Below, in pieces: positions 8,800 through 17,062 of a stretch of DNA of 64,000 nt; the first letter of the stretch is position 1, and each line of letters opens with the position of its first letter. Source of the stretch: Chitinophagia bacterium (GTDB taxonomy: Bacteria; Bacteroidota; Bacteroidia; Chitinophagales; Chitinophagaceae); NCBI GenBank assembly GCA_009928005.1, contig RFVO01000001.1:2708-66707 (forward strand). Direction: 5' to 3'. The notes under the pieces are model-generated. The model worked only from the letters and a program-made list of their open reading frames with translations. It was not told the DNA's origin and made no database searches. The position numbers were made by a program, and so were the translations under genes.

Positions 8800-9435
8800 A
8801 TGAGCCTAAGACTAGGGGATATTGCTCCCGATTTTAACGCAAAAACAAGCATTGGTGATATTAGCTTTCATCAATATTTAGGAGATAGTTGGGGAATTTT
8901 ATTTTCTCATCCTGCCGATTTTACACCCGTTTGCACCACTGAATTAGGACGTACTGCTGCTTTGCAAGAAGAGTTTTCAAAACGTAATGTAAAAGTATTA
9001 GCCTTAAGTGTGGATGGCGTAGAAAGTCATCAAAAATGGATTTCGGATATCAACGAAACGCAGCATGTAACAGTAGGCTTTCCCATTATTGCAGATGAAA
9101 ATAAAACTATTGCGCATGCTTATGATATGATTCATCCTAATGCTTCTGAAACATTTACGGTGCGTTCTTTATTTATTATTGGTCCCGATAAAAAAATTAA
9201 ATTATCAATTACTTACCCAGCTTCAACAGGAAGAAATTTTGTAGAAGTATTAAGAGTCATTGATTCTTTACAGTTAACCGCTAACTATAGTGTGGCCACA
9301 CCTGCCAATTGGGTAGAAGGGGAAGATGTCATTGTAGTACCTGCTGTTAAAACAGAAGACGCTTTGGTGAAATTTCCTAAAGGATTAAATATTGTAAAAC
9401 CTTATTTACGCTATACGCCTCAGCCTAATAAATAG
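8800..9435 (+). CDS. 1-Cys peroxiredoxin (Prx6 type)
   Basis: Peroxidatic motif HPADFTPVCTTELG. Length is 211 aa, with no C-terminal resolving Cys. Confidence 0.9.
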   Translation: MSLRLGDIAPDFNAKTSIGDISFHQYLGDSWGILFSHPADFTPVCTTELGRTAALQEEFSKRNVKVLALSVDGVESHQKWISDINETQHVTVGFPIIADENKTIAHAYDMIHPNASETFTVRSLFIIGPDKKIKLSITYPASTGRNFVEVLRVIDSLQLTANYSVATPANWVEGEDVIVVPAVKTEDALVKFPKGLNIVKPYLRYTPQPNK

Positions 9436-9468
9436 TTTTTTGTATATTTAATCTCTAAACTATTTATT

Positions 9469-10755
9469 ATGAAGTATTTTTTATTCATTTTTTCTTTTGC
9501 ACTTTTAGTAATCACTGGTAAGGCACAAAAAACTTATTTGCAATGTGGCCAACTCATTGATGTAAGACAATTACAAGTATTAAAAGAAAAAACTATTGTC
9601 GTTGAGGGTAATAAAATTATTGATATAGTGGATGGTTATCAAAGTGGAACGGGGAGTGACATAGTAATGAACTTAAAAACTAGTACTGTGATGCCAGGAC
9701 TTATGGACATGCATGTGCATATAGAAAATGAAACCAATCCTAATAGATACTTAGAAGGCTTTACACAAAGTCAAGCCGATATTGCTTATGGTTCACTGCG
9801 TTTTGCTGAAAGAGATTTAATGGCAGGATTTACTTCTGTGCGTGACTTAGGTGGTTCAGGTGCTAATATTGCCATGCGTAAAGCAATTCAAAAAGGATAT
9901 GTTGTGGGTCCTCGTATTTTTACAGCAGGAAAATCAATTGCAACAACAGGTGGTCATGCCGATCCTACTAATAATTATAGACCCGATTTAATGGGAGACC
10001 CTGGTCCTAAAGAAGGAGTGATCAATGGTCCAGAGGATGCTTACAAAGCAGTAAGACAAAGATATAAAGATGGTTCAGACTTAATAAAAATTACTGCTTC
10101 AGGTGGTGTGTTGAGTATGGCGACTAATGGAGAAAATCCTCAATTCACAGAAGAAGAAGTGAAAGCAATAGTGTCTGCAGCTAATGATTATGGATTTAAA
10201 GTAGCTGCACATTGTCATGGAGTAGAAGCTATGAAAAGAGCAATTCGTGGCGGAGTGAGTTCTATTGAACATGGCACTTTAATGGATGAATCGGTATTTC
10301 CCCTAATGGTTCAATATGGCACTTATTTAGTGCCTACTATTATTGCAGGAAAATCTGCAGCGGACTCTGCAAAAATTCCTGGTTATTATCCTCCTATGGT
10401 GGCAAAAAAAGCATTGGAAATTGGACCAAAAATTCAAAACACTTTTTCAAAAGCTTATAAAGCTGGCGTAAAAATTGCATTTGGTACCGATGCGGGTGTG
10501 TATGCGCATGGTACAAACTGGAAAGAATTTGTATACATGACAGAAGGGGGTATGCCTTTTCTCGAAACTATAAAAGCAGCTACTTGGAATGCAGCGGACT
10601 TAATGGGTACGCAGTCTATATTAGGCAGTATTGAAAAAAATAAATTAGCAGATATTATTGCAGTAGAAGGTGACCCTACAAAAAATGTATATCAAATGGG
10701 TAAGGTGAATTTCGTAATGAAGGATGGTGTAGTATATAAAAATACGCTCAAATAA
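9469..10755 (+). CDS. secreted amidohydrolase-family metal-dependent hydrolase
   Basis: Signal peptide MKYFLFIFSFALLVITGKAQ. Metal ligands MHVHIE, AHCHG, IEHG and FGTDAG. Confidence 0.85.
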   Translation: MKYFLFIFSFALLVITGKAQKTYLQCGQLIDVRQLQVLKEKTIVVEGNKIIDIVDGYQSGTGSDIVMNLKTSTVMPGLMDMHVHIENETNPNRYLEGFTQSQADIAYGSLRFAERDLMAGFTSVRDLGGSGANIAMRKAIQKGYVVGPRIFTAGKSIATTGGHADPTNNYRPDLMGDPGPKEGVINGPEDAYKAVRQRYKDGSDLIKITASGGVLSMATNGENPQFTEEEVKAIVSAANDYGFKVAAHCHGVEAMKRAIRGGVSSIEHGTLMDESVFPLMVQYGTYLVPTIIAGKSAADSAKIPGYYPPMVAKKALEIGPKIQNTFSKAYKAGVKIAFGTDAGVYAHGTNWKEFVYMTEGGMPFLETIKAATWNAADLMGTQSILGSIEKNKLADIIAVEGDPTKNVYQMGKVNFVMKDGVVYKNTLK

Positions 10756-10758
10756 AAA

Positions 10759-11472
10759 TTATTTTTCTTTATTCCATTTATCCAACTGCTGCAAAGTAGC
10801 AGTTAAATCTTTAGGTAAAGGAGCTTCTAAATGAAGCTCTTTTTCTTTGTACATAAAAGATAGCGTATGTGCATGTAAGGCCTGTCTTGCAAGTAATGGT
10901 CTTTCATCTTCTTCAGCCTTACTGAGCTTAAAATTTTTCTTTTTTATGGATGACAATAATAATTTTTCGCCATCTCCGTAGATATCATCTGCAACAATGG
11001 GATGTCCTATTTGTTTGGCATGCACACGTATTTGATGCGTTCGTCCTGTATGTATTTGAAAAGAAACCCAAGCAAAATGTTTATAATTTTCTATGACCTT
11101 ATAAGTAGTTAAAGCTATTTTTCCTTTGGCGTGTACTACCATGGTTCCTTTTTTTACAGGATGTTCCATAATAGGTTGGTCAATACTACCTTCTGCGGGT
11201 GGTCTGCCTAAAACCAAGCCTAAGTATTTTTTTTCAATGGCTCTTCCTTCAAATAATTCGCTAAGTAATTTATGTGCCTCTGCATTTTTTGCAAATACAA
11301 TTAAGCCACTGGTGAATTGGTCTAAACGGTGAACGGTAAATATTTCTCCGTACTTTTCTATTAATAATGACTTTAAAGAAACCTCCTTTCCAAATCTATC
11401 TGGGATGCTTAATAAACCAGCGGGCTTATTCAATACAATCATATCCTCATCTTCAAATAATATTGATAACAT
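10759..11472 (-). CDS. RluA-family pseudouridine synthase
   Basis: Catalytic motif VHRLDQFTSGLIVFAKN, and HTGRTHQIRVH. Confidence 0.9.
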   Translation of the reverse strand: MLSILFEDEDMIVLNKPAGLLSIPDRFGKEVSLKSLLIEKYGEIFTVHRLDQFTSGLIVFAKNAEAHKLLSELFEGRAIEKKYLGLVLGRPPAEGSIDQPIMEHPVKKGTMVVHAKGKIALTTYKVIENYKHFAWVSFQIHTGRTHQIRVHAKQIGHPIVADDIYGDGEKLLLSSIKKKNFKLSKAEEDERPLLARQALHAHTLSFMYKEKELHLEAPLPKDLTATLQQLDKWNKEK

Positions 11473-11479
11473 GTAATAG

Positions 11480-12607
11480 TTATTTGGAAGATTTTCTGGT
11501 AAATGATTTATTTAAAAACTTTAATAGTCTAACTTCTTTCTCTGCCAAAAAACGCCATTTACCACGGTCTACATTTTTTTTGGTAAGGTTGGCAAACATG
11601 ACTCTATCTAAATGTCTCACATCATATCCTAGGTGTTCAAAAATGCGACGCACAATACGATTACGCCCACTATGAATTTCAATACCTATTACATTTTTAG
11701 ATGTGTTTGATAAATAGCTTACCGCATCGGCTGCAATAAATCCGTCTTCTAATTCAACTCCTGCAGCAATAGATTCCATATCGGCCTTGGTCACAGGTTT
11801 ATCTAGAGTAACTTCGTATATTTTTTTAATTTCGTAAGAAGGATGCGTTAATTTTTGTGCAAGGTCACCATCGTTGGTTAAAATTAAAACACCCGTTGTA
11901 TTTCTATCTAAACGACCTACTGGAAACATTCTTTGAGTAGTAGCGTTTTTAATTATATCTAAAACAGTTTTTCTACCTTCTGGGTCATTGGCTGTGCAAA
12001 TATAATCCTTGGGTTTATTTAATAAAATATAAACAGGCGTAACTTGAAGCTGTAAAACTTTTCCTTTTAATCTTACGACATCTTTGTATTTCACTTTATA
12101 ACCTGGCTCTAAAACAGTATCACCGTTAACTGTTACATGACCAGCTTTCACAGTCTCTGCTGCTTCTCTTCGACCTGAAATGCCTGCATGTGCAATATAT
12201 TTATTCAAGGGCATTTGTTCAAAGGGTGCATCGGCTGAAGCGGTTACTTTACCAATAGAAGCAGTTCTTTTTTCATCGGCCCTGTTCATTGAAGCAGGCG
12301 TTCTTTTATTAGTGAACTTAGATTTAGCAGGAAAGGGGCTAGCCAATTCACCATATTTAGGTGCCTCACCTTTTTTTACATAAGTACTAGGTGTTCTTTT
12401 TGAAGCAGGGGTTATTCTTTTATTATTTCCTAATGGTTCCACCGGTATGCCTCTTTCTTTATCTTTTTTTCTTTGGCGCATGGCTTCTCCAGCAGCCCTC
12501 ATTTCAATTTTGGCTTTCTTTTTTTCTTGTCTATATTCTTCTTTAACAGCACTTCCTTTTTTCTTATTAGAGAACTTGTCAAAGTTGTCAGATCTTTTTT
12601 GATTCAT
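11480..12607 (-). CDS. RsuA/RluB-family pseudouridine synthase with ~130-aa basic N-terminal extension
   Basis: S4 domain (MPLNKYIAHAGISGRREAAETVKAGHVTVNG) and catalytic VGRLDRNTTGVLILTNDG. The N-terminus is Lys/Arg/Ser/Pro-rich low complexity. Confidence 0.88.
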   Translation of the reverse strand: MNQKRSDNFDKFSNKKKGSAVKEEYRQEKKKAKIEMRAAGEAMRQRKKDKERGIPVEPLGNNKRITPASKRTPSTYVKKGEAPKYGELASPFPAKSKFTNKRTPASMNRADEKRTASIGKVTASADAPFEQMPLNKYIAHAGISGRREAAETVKAGHVTVNGDTVLEPGYKVKYKDVVRLKGKVLQLQVTPVYILLNKPKDYICTANDPEGRKTVLDIIKNATTQRMFPVGRLDRNTTGVLILTNDGDLAQKLTHPSYEIKKIYEVTLDKPVTKADMESIAAGVELEDGFIAADAVSYLSNTSKNVIGIEIHSGRNRIVRRIFEHLGYDVRHLDRVMFANLTKKNVDRGKWRFLAEKEVRLLKFLNKSFTRKSSK

Positions 12608-12618
12608 GCATCCTTTAA

Positions 12619-13668
12619 TTAAAAATTATCTTTATTGGCTAGTTGACCACAGGCAGCGTCGATATCCTTTCCTCTACTATGTCTTACGCGCACATTTACT
12701 CTATTTTTTTGTAAAATTTCTACAAATCTTTCAAAGCCTTCTTCGTCTGGCTTATCAAATGGGAAAATATCAACGGGGTTGTATTCAATGACATTGATTA
12801 AATCGGCAGGCACTTGTCGATAAATTTTAGTGAGCTCTTCAGCGTCTTTTTCTGAATCGTTGAAGTCTTTGAATAAGATATATTCAAAAGTAACTTCACT
12901 GCCTGTCTTTTTATAAAAATAATTTAGTGCTTCAATTAGACCTTTTATGTTATTACTTTCGTTAATAGGCATAATTTCATTACGCTTTTTATCATTGGCC
13001 GCATGTAAGGAAACTGCTAACTTAAATTTTACATTATCGTCGCCTAATTGTCTTATTTGTTTTATCAGACCCGCTGTAGATACCGTAATTCTTTTTGCAC
13101 TCATACCTAAACCATCGGGAGATGTAATTTTTTCTATGGCTTTTAAAACATTATGATAATTCATTAAAGGCTCGCCCATACCCATAAAAACAATATTGCT
13201 TAAATGTTTTTCATAAGTGGCTTCACTTTGTTGAAGTATGTAAACTACTTGATCATAAATTTCATCAAAATTTAAATTTCTTTTACGCTCCATAGTACCT
13301 GTTGCACAAAATTTACAACTTAAACTACATCCAATTTGAGAAGAAACGCAGGCAGTCTTTCTTAAAGTAGTGGGAATGAGCACTCCTTCAATCATATGAC
13401 CATCATAAGTTTTAAAACGTGTTTTCAAAGTACCATCTTCACTAAGTTGTGTGGTATTAATTTGTAAAGCAGGTAATTGAAATTCATTTTCTAATAAACC
13501 ACGTAAGTCTTTGCTTAAGTTAGTCATTTCGTCAAAGCTATGGGCATGTTTTTGCCATAACCATTCTACAATCTGTTTTACTCTAAAAGGCTTTTCACCT
13601 ATTTTTGATATAAATCGCTCAATGTCAGCAACTTCTACTTGTCTTATATTAGGTCTTGTCTTCTCCAT
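12619..13668 (-). CDS. rlmN: 23S rRNA/tRNA (adenine-C2)-methyltransferase RlmN (radical SAM)
   Basis: CSLSCKFCATG (CxxxCxxC) and GMGEPL. I place the start at the ATG at 13666-13668 (MEKTRPNIRQ...), because a -7 box sits at 13673-13680, inside the ORF-track extension that runs to 13701. Confidence 0.92.
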   Translation of the reverse strand: MEKTRPNIRQVEVADIERFISKIGEKPFRVKQIVEWLWQKHAHSFDEMTNLSKDLRGLLENEFQLPALQINTTQLSEDGTLKTRFKTYDGHMIEGVLIPTTLRKTACVSSQIGCSLSCKFCATGTMERKRNLNFDEIYDQVVYILQQSEATYEKHLSNIVFMGMGEPLMNYHNVLKAIEKITSPDGLGMSAKRITVSTAGLIKQIRQLGDDNVKFKLAVSLHAANDKKRNEIMPINESNNIKGLIEALNYFYKKTGSEVTFEYILFKDFNDSEKDAEELTKIYRQVPADLINVIEYNPVDIFPFDKPDEEGFERFVEILQKNRVNVRVRHSRGKDIDAACGQLANKDNF

Positions 13669-13672
13669 ACTG

Positions 13673-13680
13673 CAAAGATA
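13673..13680 (-). promoter_or_regulatory. candidate -7 box (TATCTTTG on the minus strand) 4 nt from the rlmN ATG
   Basis: The minus strand reads TATCTTTG-CAGT-ATGGAGAA. Confidence 0.5.
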
Positions 13681-13817
13681 CTTGATCGTATTTGGATACA
13701 TTTAAATCTTTTTTCAACCCCTTTTTAACCCTTCAATAAATAATGTAAATTTATTGTCAAATGGACGCCATTTTACTTACTTTCGAAATACAATTAGAAA
13801 CAAATAAATAATAAATT

Positions 13818-14204
13818 ATGAAAAAAATCTTCTTAATGGCATTTATCCTAATGGGGGTAATAGCTAACTTAAACGCACAAACAAGTCCTTTGAAAGATTA
13901 TTTAGGAAAATATGTATTTCCAGAAGGAAGTCCAGTGGCAGAAGTAACTGTAACTGCAGAAGACACCGTCTTAACACTTAATTCTGCAATGGGTTCTACA
14001 ACGTTGGAGAAGAAAGGCGTTGATACTTTTTATTTGGCTGCTTATGATGCGCCTATTATTTTTAAAAGAGGTGCTGGCAATGCTGTTGAAACTTTAACTA
14101 TTCTTGTACAAGGAATGGAATTAACTGCTAAAAAAGCGGCTGCTTCTTATGCATTAAAAGAAGAAGATTTTTACACAAAAGTTTGGGCGAATAAAAATTA
14201 TTAG
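13818..14204 (+). CDS. small secreted hypothetical protein
   Basis: Signal peptide MKKIFLMAFILMGVIANLNAQ. Length is 128 aa. The stop codon overlaps the hisS stop on the other strand. Confidence 0.6.
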   Translation: MKKIFLMAFILMGVIANLNAQTSPLKDYLGKYVFPEGSPVAEVTVTAEDTVLTLNSAMGSTTLEKKGVDTFYLAAYDAPIIFKRGAGNAVETLTILVQGMELTAKKAAASYALKEEDFYTKVWANKNY

Positions 14205-15568
14205 AACTCAAAATTAGAAAGGTCCGATAAAGAAACAGTAGTTTGTTTGCCAGTAATAATATTTTTTACAGTGCATTCATTTTTAGCTATTTCTTCGGTA
14301 CCCATTATAATAACGCTCGGAATTCCTTTTTTCTCTGCGTATTTAAATTGCTTGTCAAATTTGCTTTTTTCAGGGTAAATTTCACAAGCAATTTTTTTAT
14401 TTCTTAATGACATCATTTGAAAATAAGCTGCTTTAGTTTCCTGTTCGCCTAAATTAAAAAATAATACTTGAGTGGTTTGATCAATGGTTGCTGGAAATAA
14501 ATTTTTCTCTTCCATCACATCATAAATTCTGTCTACTCCAAAACTAATACCCACACCTGCAATATTAGGAACGCCAAATAAACTAGTTAAATCGTTGTAG
14601 CGTCCACCGCCACCAATACTACCCATTTGCGCATCTAGGGCTTTCACTTCAAAAATAATTCCTGTATAATAATTAAGTCCTCTGGCTAAAGTAAAGTCGG
14701 CCACCAAATGCTTATCCATGCCCGTTTGCGTGTGATAGTCTAATACATAATTTATTTCTTCTATTCCTTTCAGTCCTATTTCATTATTACCTAGTAAAAT
14801 TGCTAACTGGTTTAATTTATCAGCATTGCTACCTTCAATATTTAAATACTTTTGAATAATTTTTTGTTGCTCCTCGCTAAAATTTTTACTATGTAATTCT
14901 TCTTTTACTTTATCCCATCCTATTTTATCTAATTTATCTATAGCAATAGTTAAGTCGATTAATTTATCTTCTCCTCCACAAATTTGTGCAAGGGCTAATA
15001 ATATTTTTCTATTATTTATTTTTACCTGCACGGGTAAATTTAATTTTTGAAAAGCAGTAAGATATACCGCTACTAAATCAACTTCGTTTAATAAACTTTC
15101 ACTACCCACTATATCTGCATCACATTGATAAAATTCACGGTATCTACCTTTTTGAGGACGGTCGGCACGCCATACAGGTTGTATTTGATATCTTTTAAAA
15201 GGGAAATTCATTGAGCCATAGTTCATGGCTACATATCTTGCAAAAGGAATTGTTAAGTCATATCTTAAGGCACGTTCAGTAATAGAAGTACTATTTTTAC
15301 CAGCTAAAATTTTTTCAACTCCTTCTAGTGTTTGTTCTTTTTTCTGTGGGTTGTCTAAGCCGTTATTTAAAATTTTAAATATAAGTTTATCGCCTTCCTC
15401 GCCATACTTGCCCATTAAGGTTTCCAGGTTCTCCATAGCAGGAGTTTCCAATGGCTGAAACCCATAGTTTTCAAACACTGATTGGATTGTCTTAAATATA
15501 AACTGACGCTTTTGAACCGTAGCCGCATTAAAATCTCTGGTACCTTGTGGCAAAGAAGGTTTGCTCAT
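14201..15568 (-). CDS. hisS: histidine--tRNA ligase
   Basis: Class II motifs FKRYQIQPVWRADRPQKGRYREFYQCD and GGGGRYN, plus an anticodon-binding C-terminus. Confidence 0.96.
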   Translation of the reverse strand: MSKPSLPQGTRDFNAATVQKRQFIFKTIQSVFENYGFQPLETPAMENLETLMGKYGEEGDKLIFKILNNGLDNPQKKEQTLEGVEKILAGKNSTSITERALRYDLTIPFARYVAMNYGSMNFPFKRYQIQPVWRADRPQKGRYREFYQCDADIVGSESLLNEVDLVAVYLTAFQKLNLPVQVKINNRKILLALAQICGGEDKLIDLTIAIDKLDKIGWDKVKEELHSKNFSEEQQKIIQKYLNIEGSNADKLNQLAILLGNNEIGLKGIEEINYVLDYHTQTGMDKHLVADFTLARGLNYYTGIIFEVKALDAQMGSIGGGGRYNDLTSLFGVPNIAGVGISFGVDRIYDVMEEKNLFPATIDQTTQVLFFNLGEQETKAAYFQMMSLRNKKIACEIYPEKSKFDKQFKYAEKKGIPSVIIMGTEEIAKNECTVKNIITGKQTTVSLSDLSNFEF

Positions 15569-15573
15569 AGTTT

Positions 15574-15581
15574 CAAATTTA
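15574..15581 (-). promoter_or_regulatory. candidate -7 box (TAAATTTG on the minus strand) 5 nt from the hisS ATG
   Basis: The minus strand reads TAAATTTG-AAACT-ATG. Confidence 0.45.
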
Positions 15582-15651
15582 TAAGTAAAGATAAATTTTT
15601 TAAATTCATCGGCTATTAATTGTTTAAATTGCCTCTTTAAAACCCGATTTT

Positions 15652-15924
15652 ATGGAAAATCAAGATAGTAATCAATACCCCTATGAGCCCAGGCCAAATG
15701 CTCCTCGTGAAAAATCGGAGCGTACGTACCGAATTTTTAGAAGTATTTATGACTATACCATGGCCACCCTTATTTTGGGTTGTGGGGTATTAATGCTAGG
15801 TGCTAAATGGTTTCACTTAGATATGATCATCAATGCAGGTGCCGATTTTAGATATATATTCGGTAGCCTATGTTTATTATATGGTGGTTTTAGATTGTAC
15901 AGAGGTATCCATCAAATGTATTAA
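15652..15924 (+). CDS. small hypothetical membrane protein (2 TM)
   Basis: 90 aa. Hydrophobic segments MATLILGCGVLMLGA and IFGSLCLLYGGF. Confidence 0.5.
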   Translation: MENQDSNQYPYEPRPNAPREKSERTYRIFRSIYDYTMATLILGCGVLMLGAKWFHLDMIINAGADFRYIFGSLCLLYGGFRLYRGIHQMY

Positions 15925-15962
15925 GTCTTTCAATGTTTTTCATTGACTTTTAAATTAAGCAC

Positions 15963-16865
15963 ATGCGTTATTTATACATTATTATGAGTGTTTGCGTTTT
16001 AGCTACGTCTTGCAAAACGACAGTTAAAACTGAGTTAATAGACAGTCCAAGTGAAGGCCGTATTCACATTTCTGTTGAAGAAAGTTTCAAACCCTTTATT
16101 GAGCAGGAACTTAAAGTATTTGCTTTAAGTTTTCCAAAAGCTACTATTGAAGTGTCTTATAAATCTGAAATTGATTGTTTTAAAGATTTAGCTTCAGATA
16201 GTACTCGTATGATTATTGTTACAAGAGGCCTTGACAAAAAAGAACAAACCAACTATAAAGACCAACTTAGCTTCGCGCCCACCTTTGGCATACTTGCATA
16301 TAATGCAATTGCTGTGGTGGTGAATAAAAAATCTAAAGACTCTGTTTTTACTATGGCAGAACTAAGTGCAGCGCTTGGTGGGCAAAATAATAAACAAGTA
16401 GTGATGGACGGGAGTAATTTAACAGGTGTAGTTCGTTTTTTAAAAGATAGTTTATTGCATGAAAAAGCTTTTGGGAAAAATGTATTTTCTGCAAGTGGCA
16501 GTGAAGAAGTGATTTCATATATAAAAAATAATCCTAATGCTATTGGTTTTGTGGGTATGAATTGGGTGGGAGATAATTACGATCCCAAGCAAATGGAAGA
16601 CAGAAAAACTATAAGAATGGCCCTAGTTGAATGTACCTTATGTATTGAGAAAGGCTATTATTCACAACCCTCTCAAGCAAATATTAGTCAAGGTCATTAT
16701 TCTCTTTCATTACCCATTTATTATATATTAAAAGAAAATGCCCCGGGTCTTGGAACTGGATTTCTAAATTTTATGAGCCTTGAAAGAGGTCAATTAATTT
16801 TTCAAAGGGCTTTTTTAGTACCTGCCAAAATGGGATTTCAGAAAAGAAAGGGTTTGTTGAACTAA
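15963..16865 (+). CDS. PstS-like (PBP_like_2) substrate-binding lipoprotein
   Basis: Lipobox VLATSC. The GRIHISVEESFKPFIEQE...VTRGL pattern resembles phosphate-binding-protein-like domains. Confidence 0.6.
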   Translation: MRYLYIIMSVCVLATSCKTTVKTELIDSPSEGRIHISVEESFKPFIEQELKVFALSFPKATIEVSYKSEIDCFKDLASDSTRMIIVTRGLDKKEQTNYKDQLSFAPTFGILAYNAIAVVVNKKSKDSVFTMAELSAALGGQNNKQVVMDGSNLTGVVRFLKDSLLHEKAFGKNVFSASGSEEVISYIKNNPNAIGFVGMNWVGDNYDPKQMEDRKTIRMALVECTLCIEKGYYSQPSQANISQGHYSLSLPIYYILKENAPGLGTGFLNFMSLERGQLIFQRAFLVPAKMGFQKRKGLLN

Positions 16866-17062
16866 TGTTCATCAAATACTAACGAATATTGGCATTTTTC
16901 ACGAAAAATTAATGGGATTCTTGCCAAAAAATTAATATTTTTAGCTTTCCCTATAATAGCTATTTTTTCTATTAAAAAATAGATGTGTCATTGGGACATA
17001 TACCATATAGAATAAATGGTATGTTGAATTCGGTTTAAATTTAAAATGAAAAAAAGTAAGTG

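Noticed and set aside
16885-16940. TTGGCA...TGCCAA inverted repeat and a TGGCA motif upstream of the TPR gene, considered as a sigma-54 promoter or NtrC-type site
   Set aside because: There is no TTGC at the required spacing from the TGGCA. The repeat arms are only 6 bp and are separated by 27 nt.
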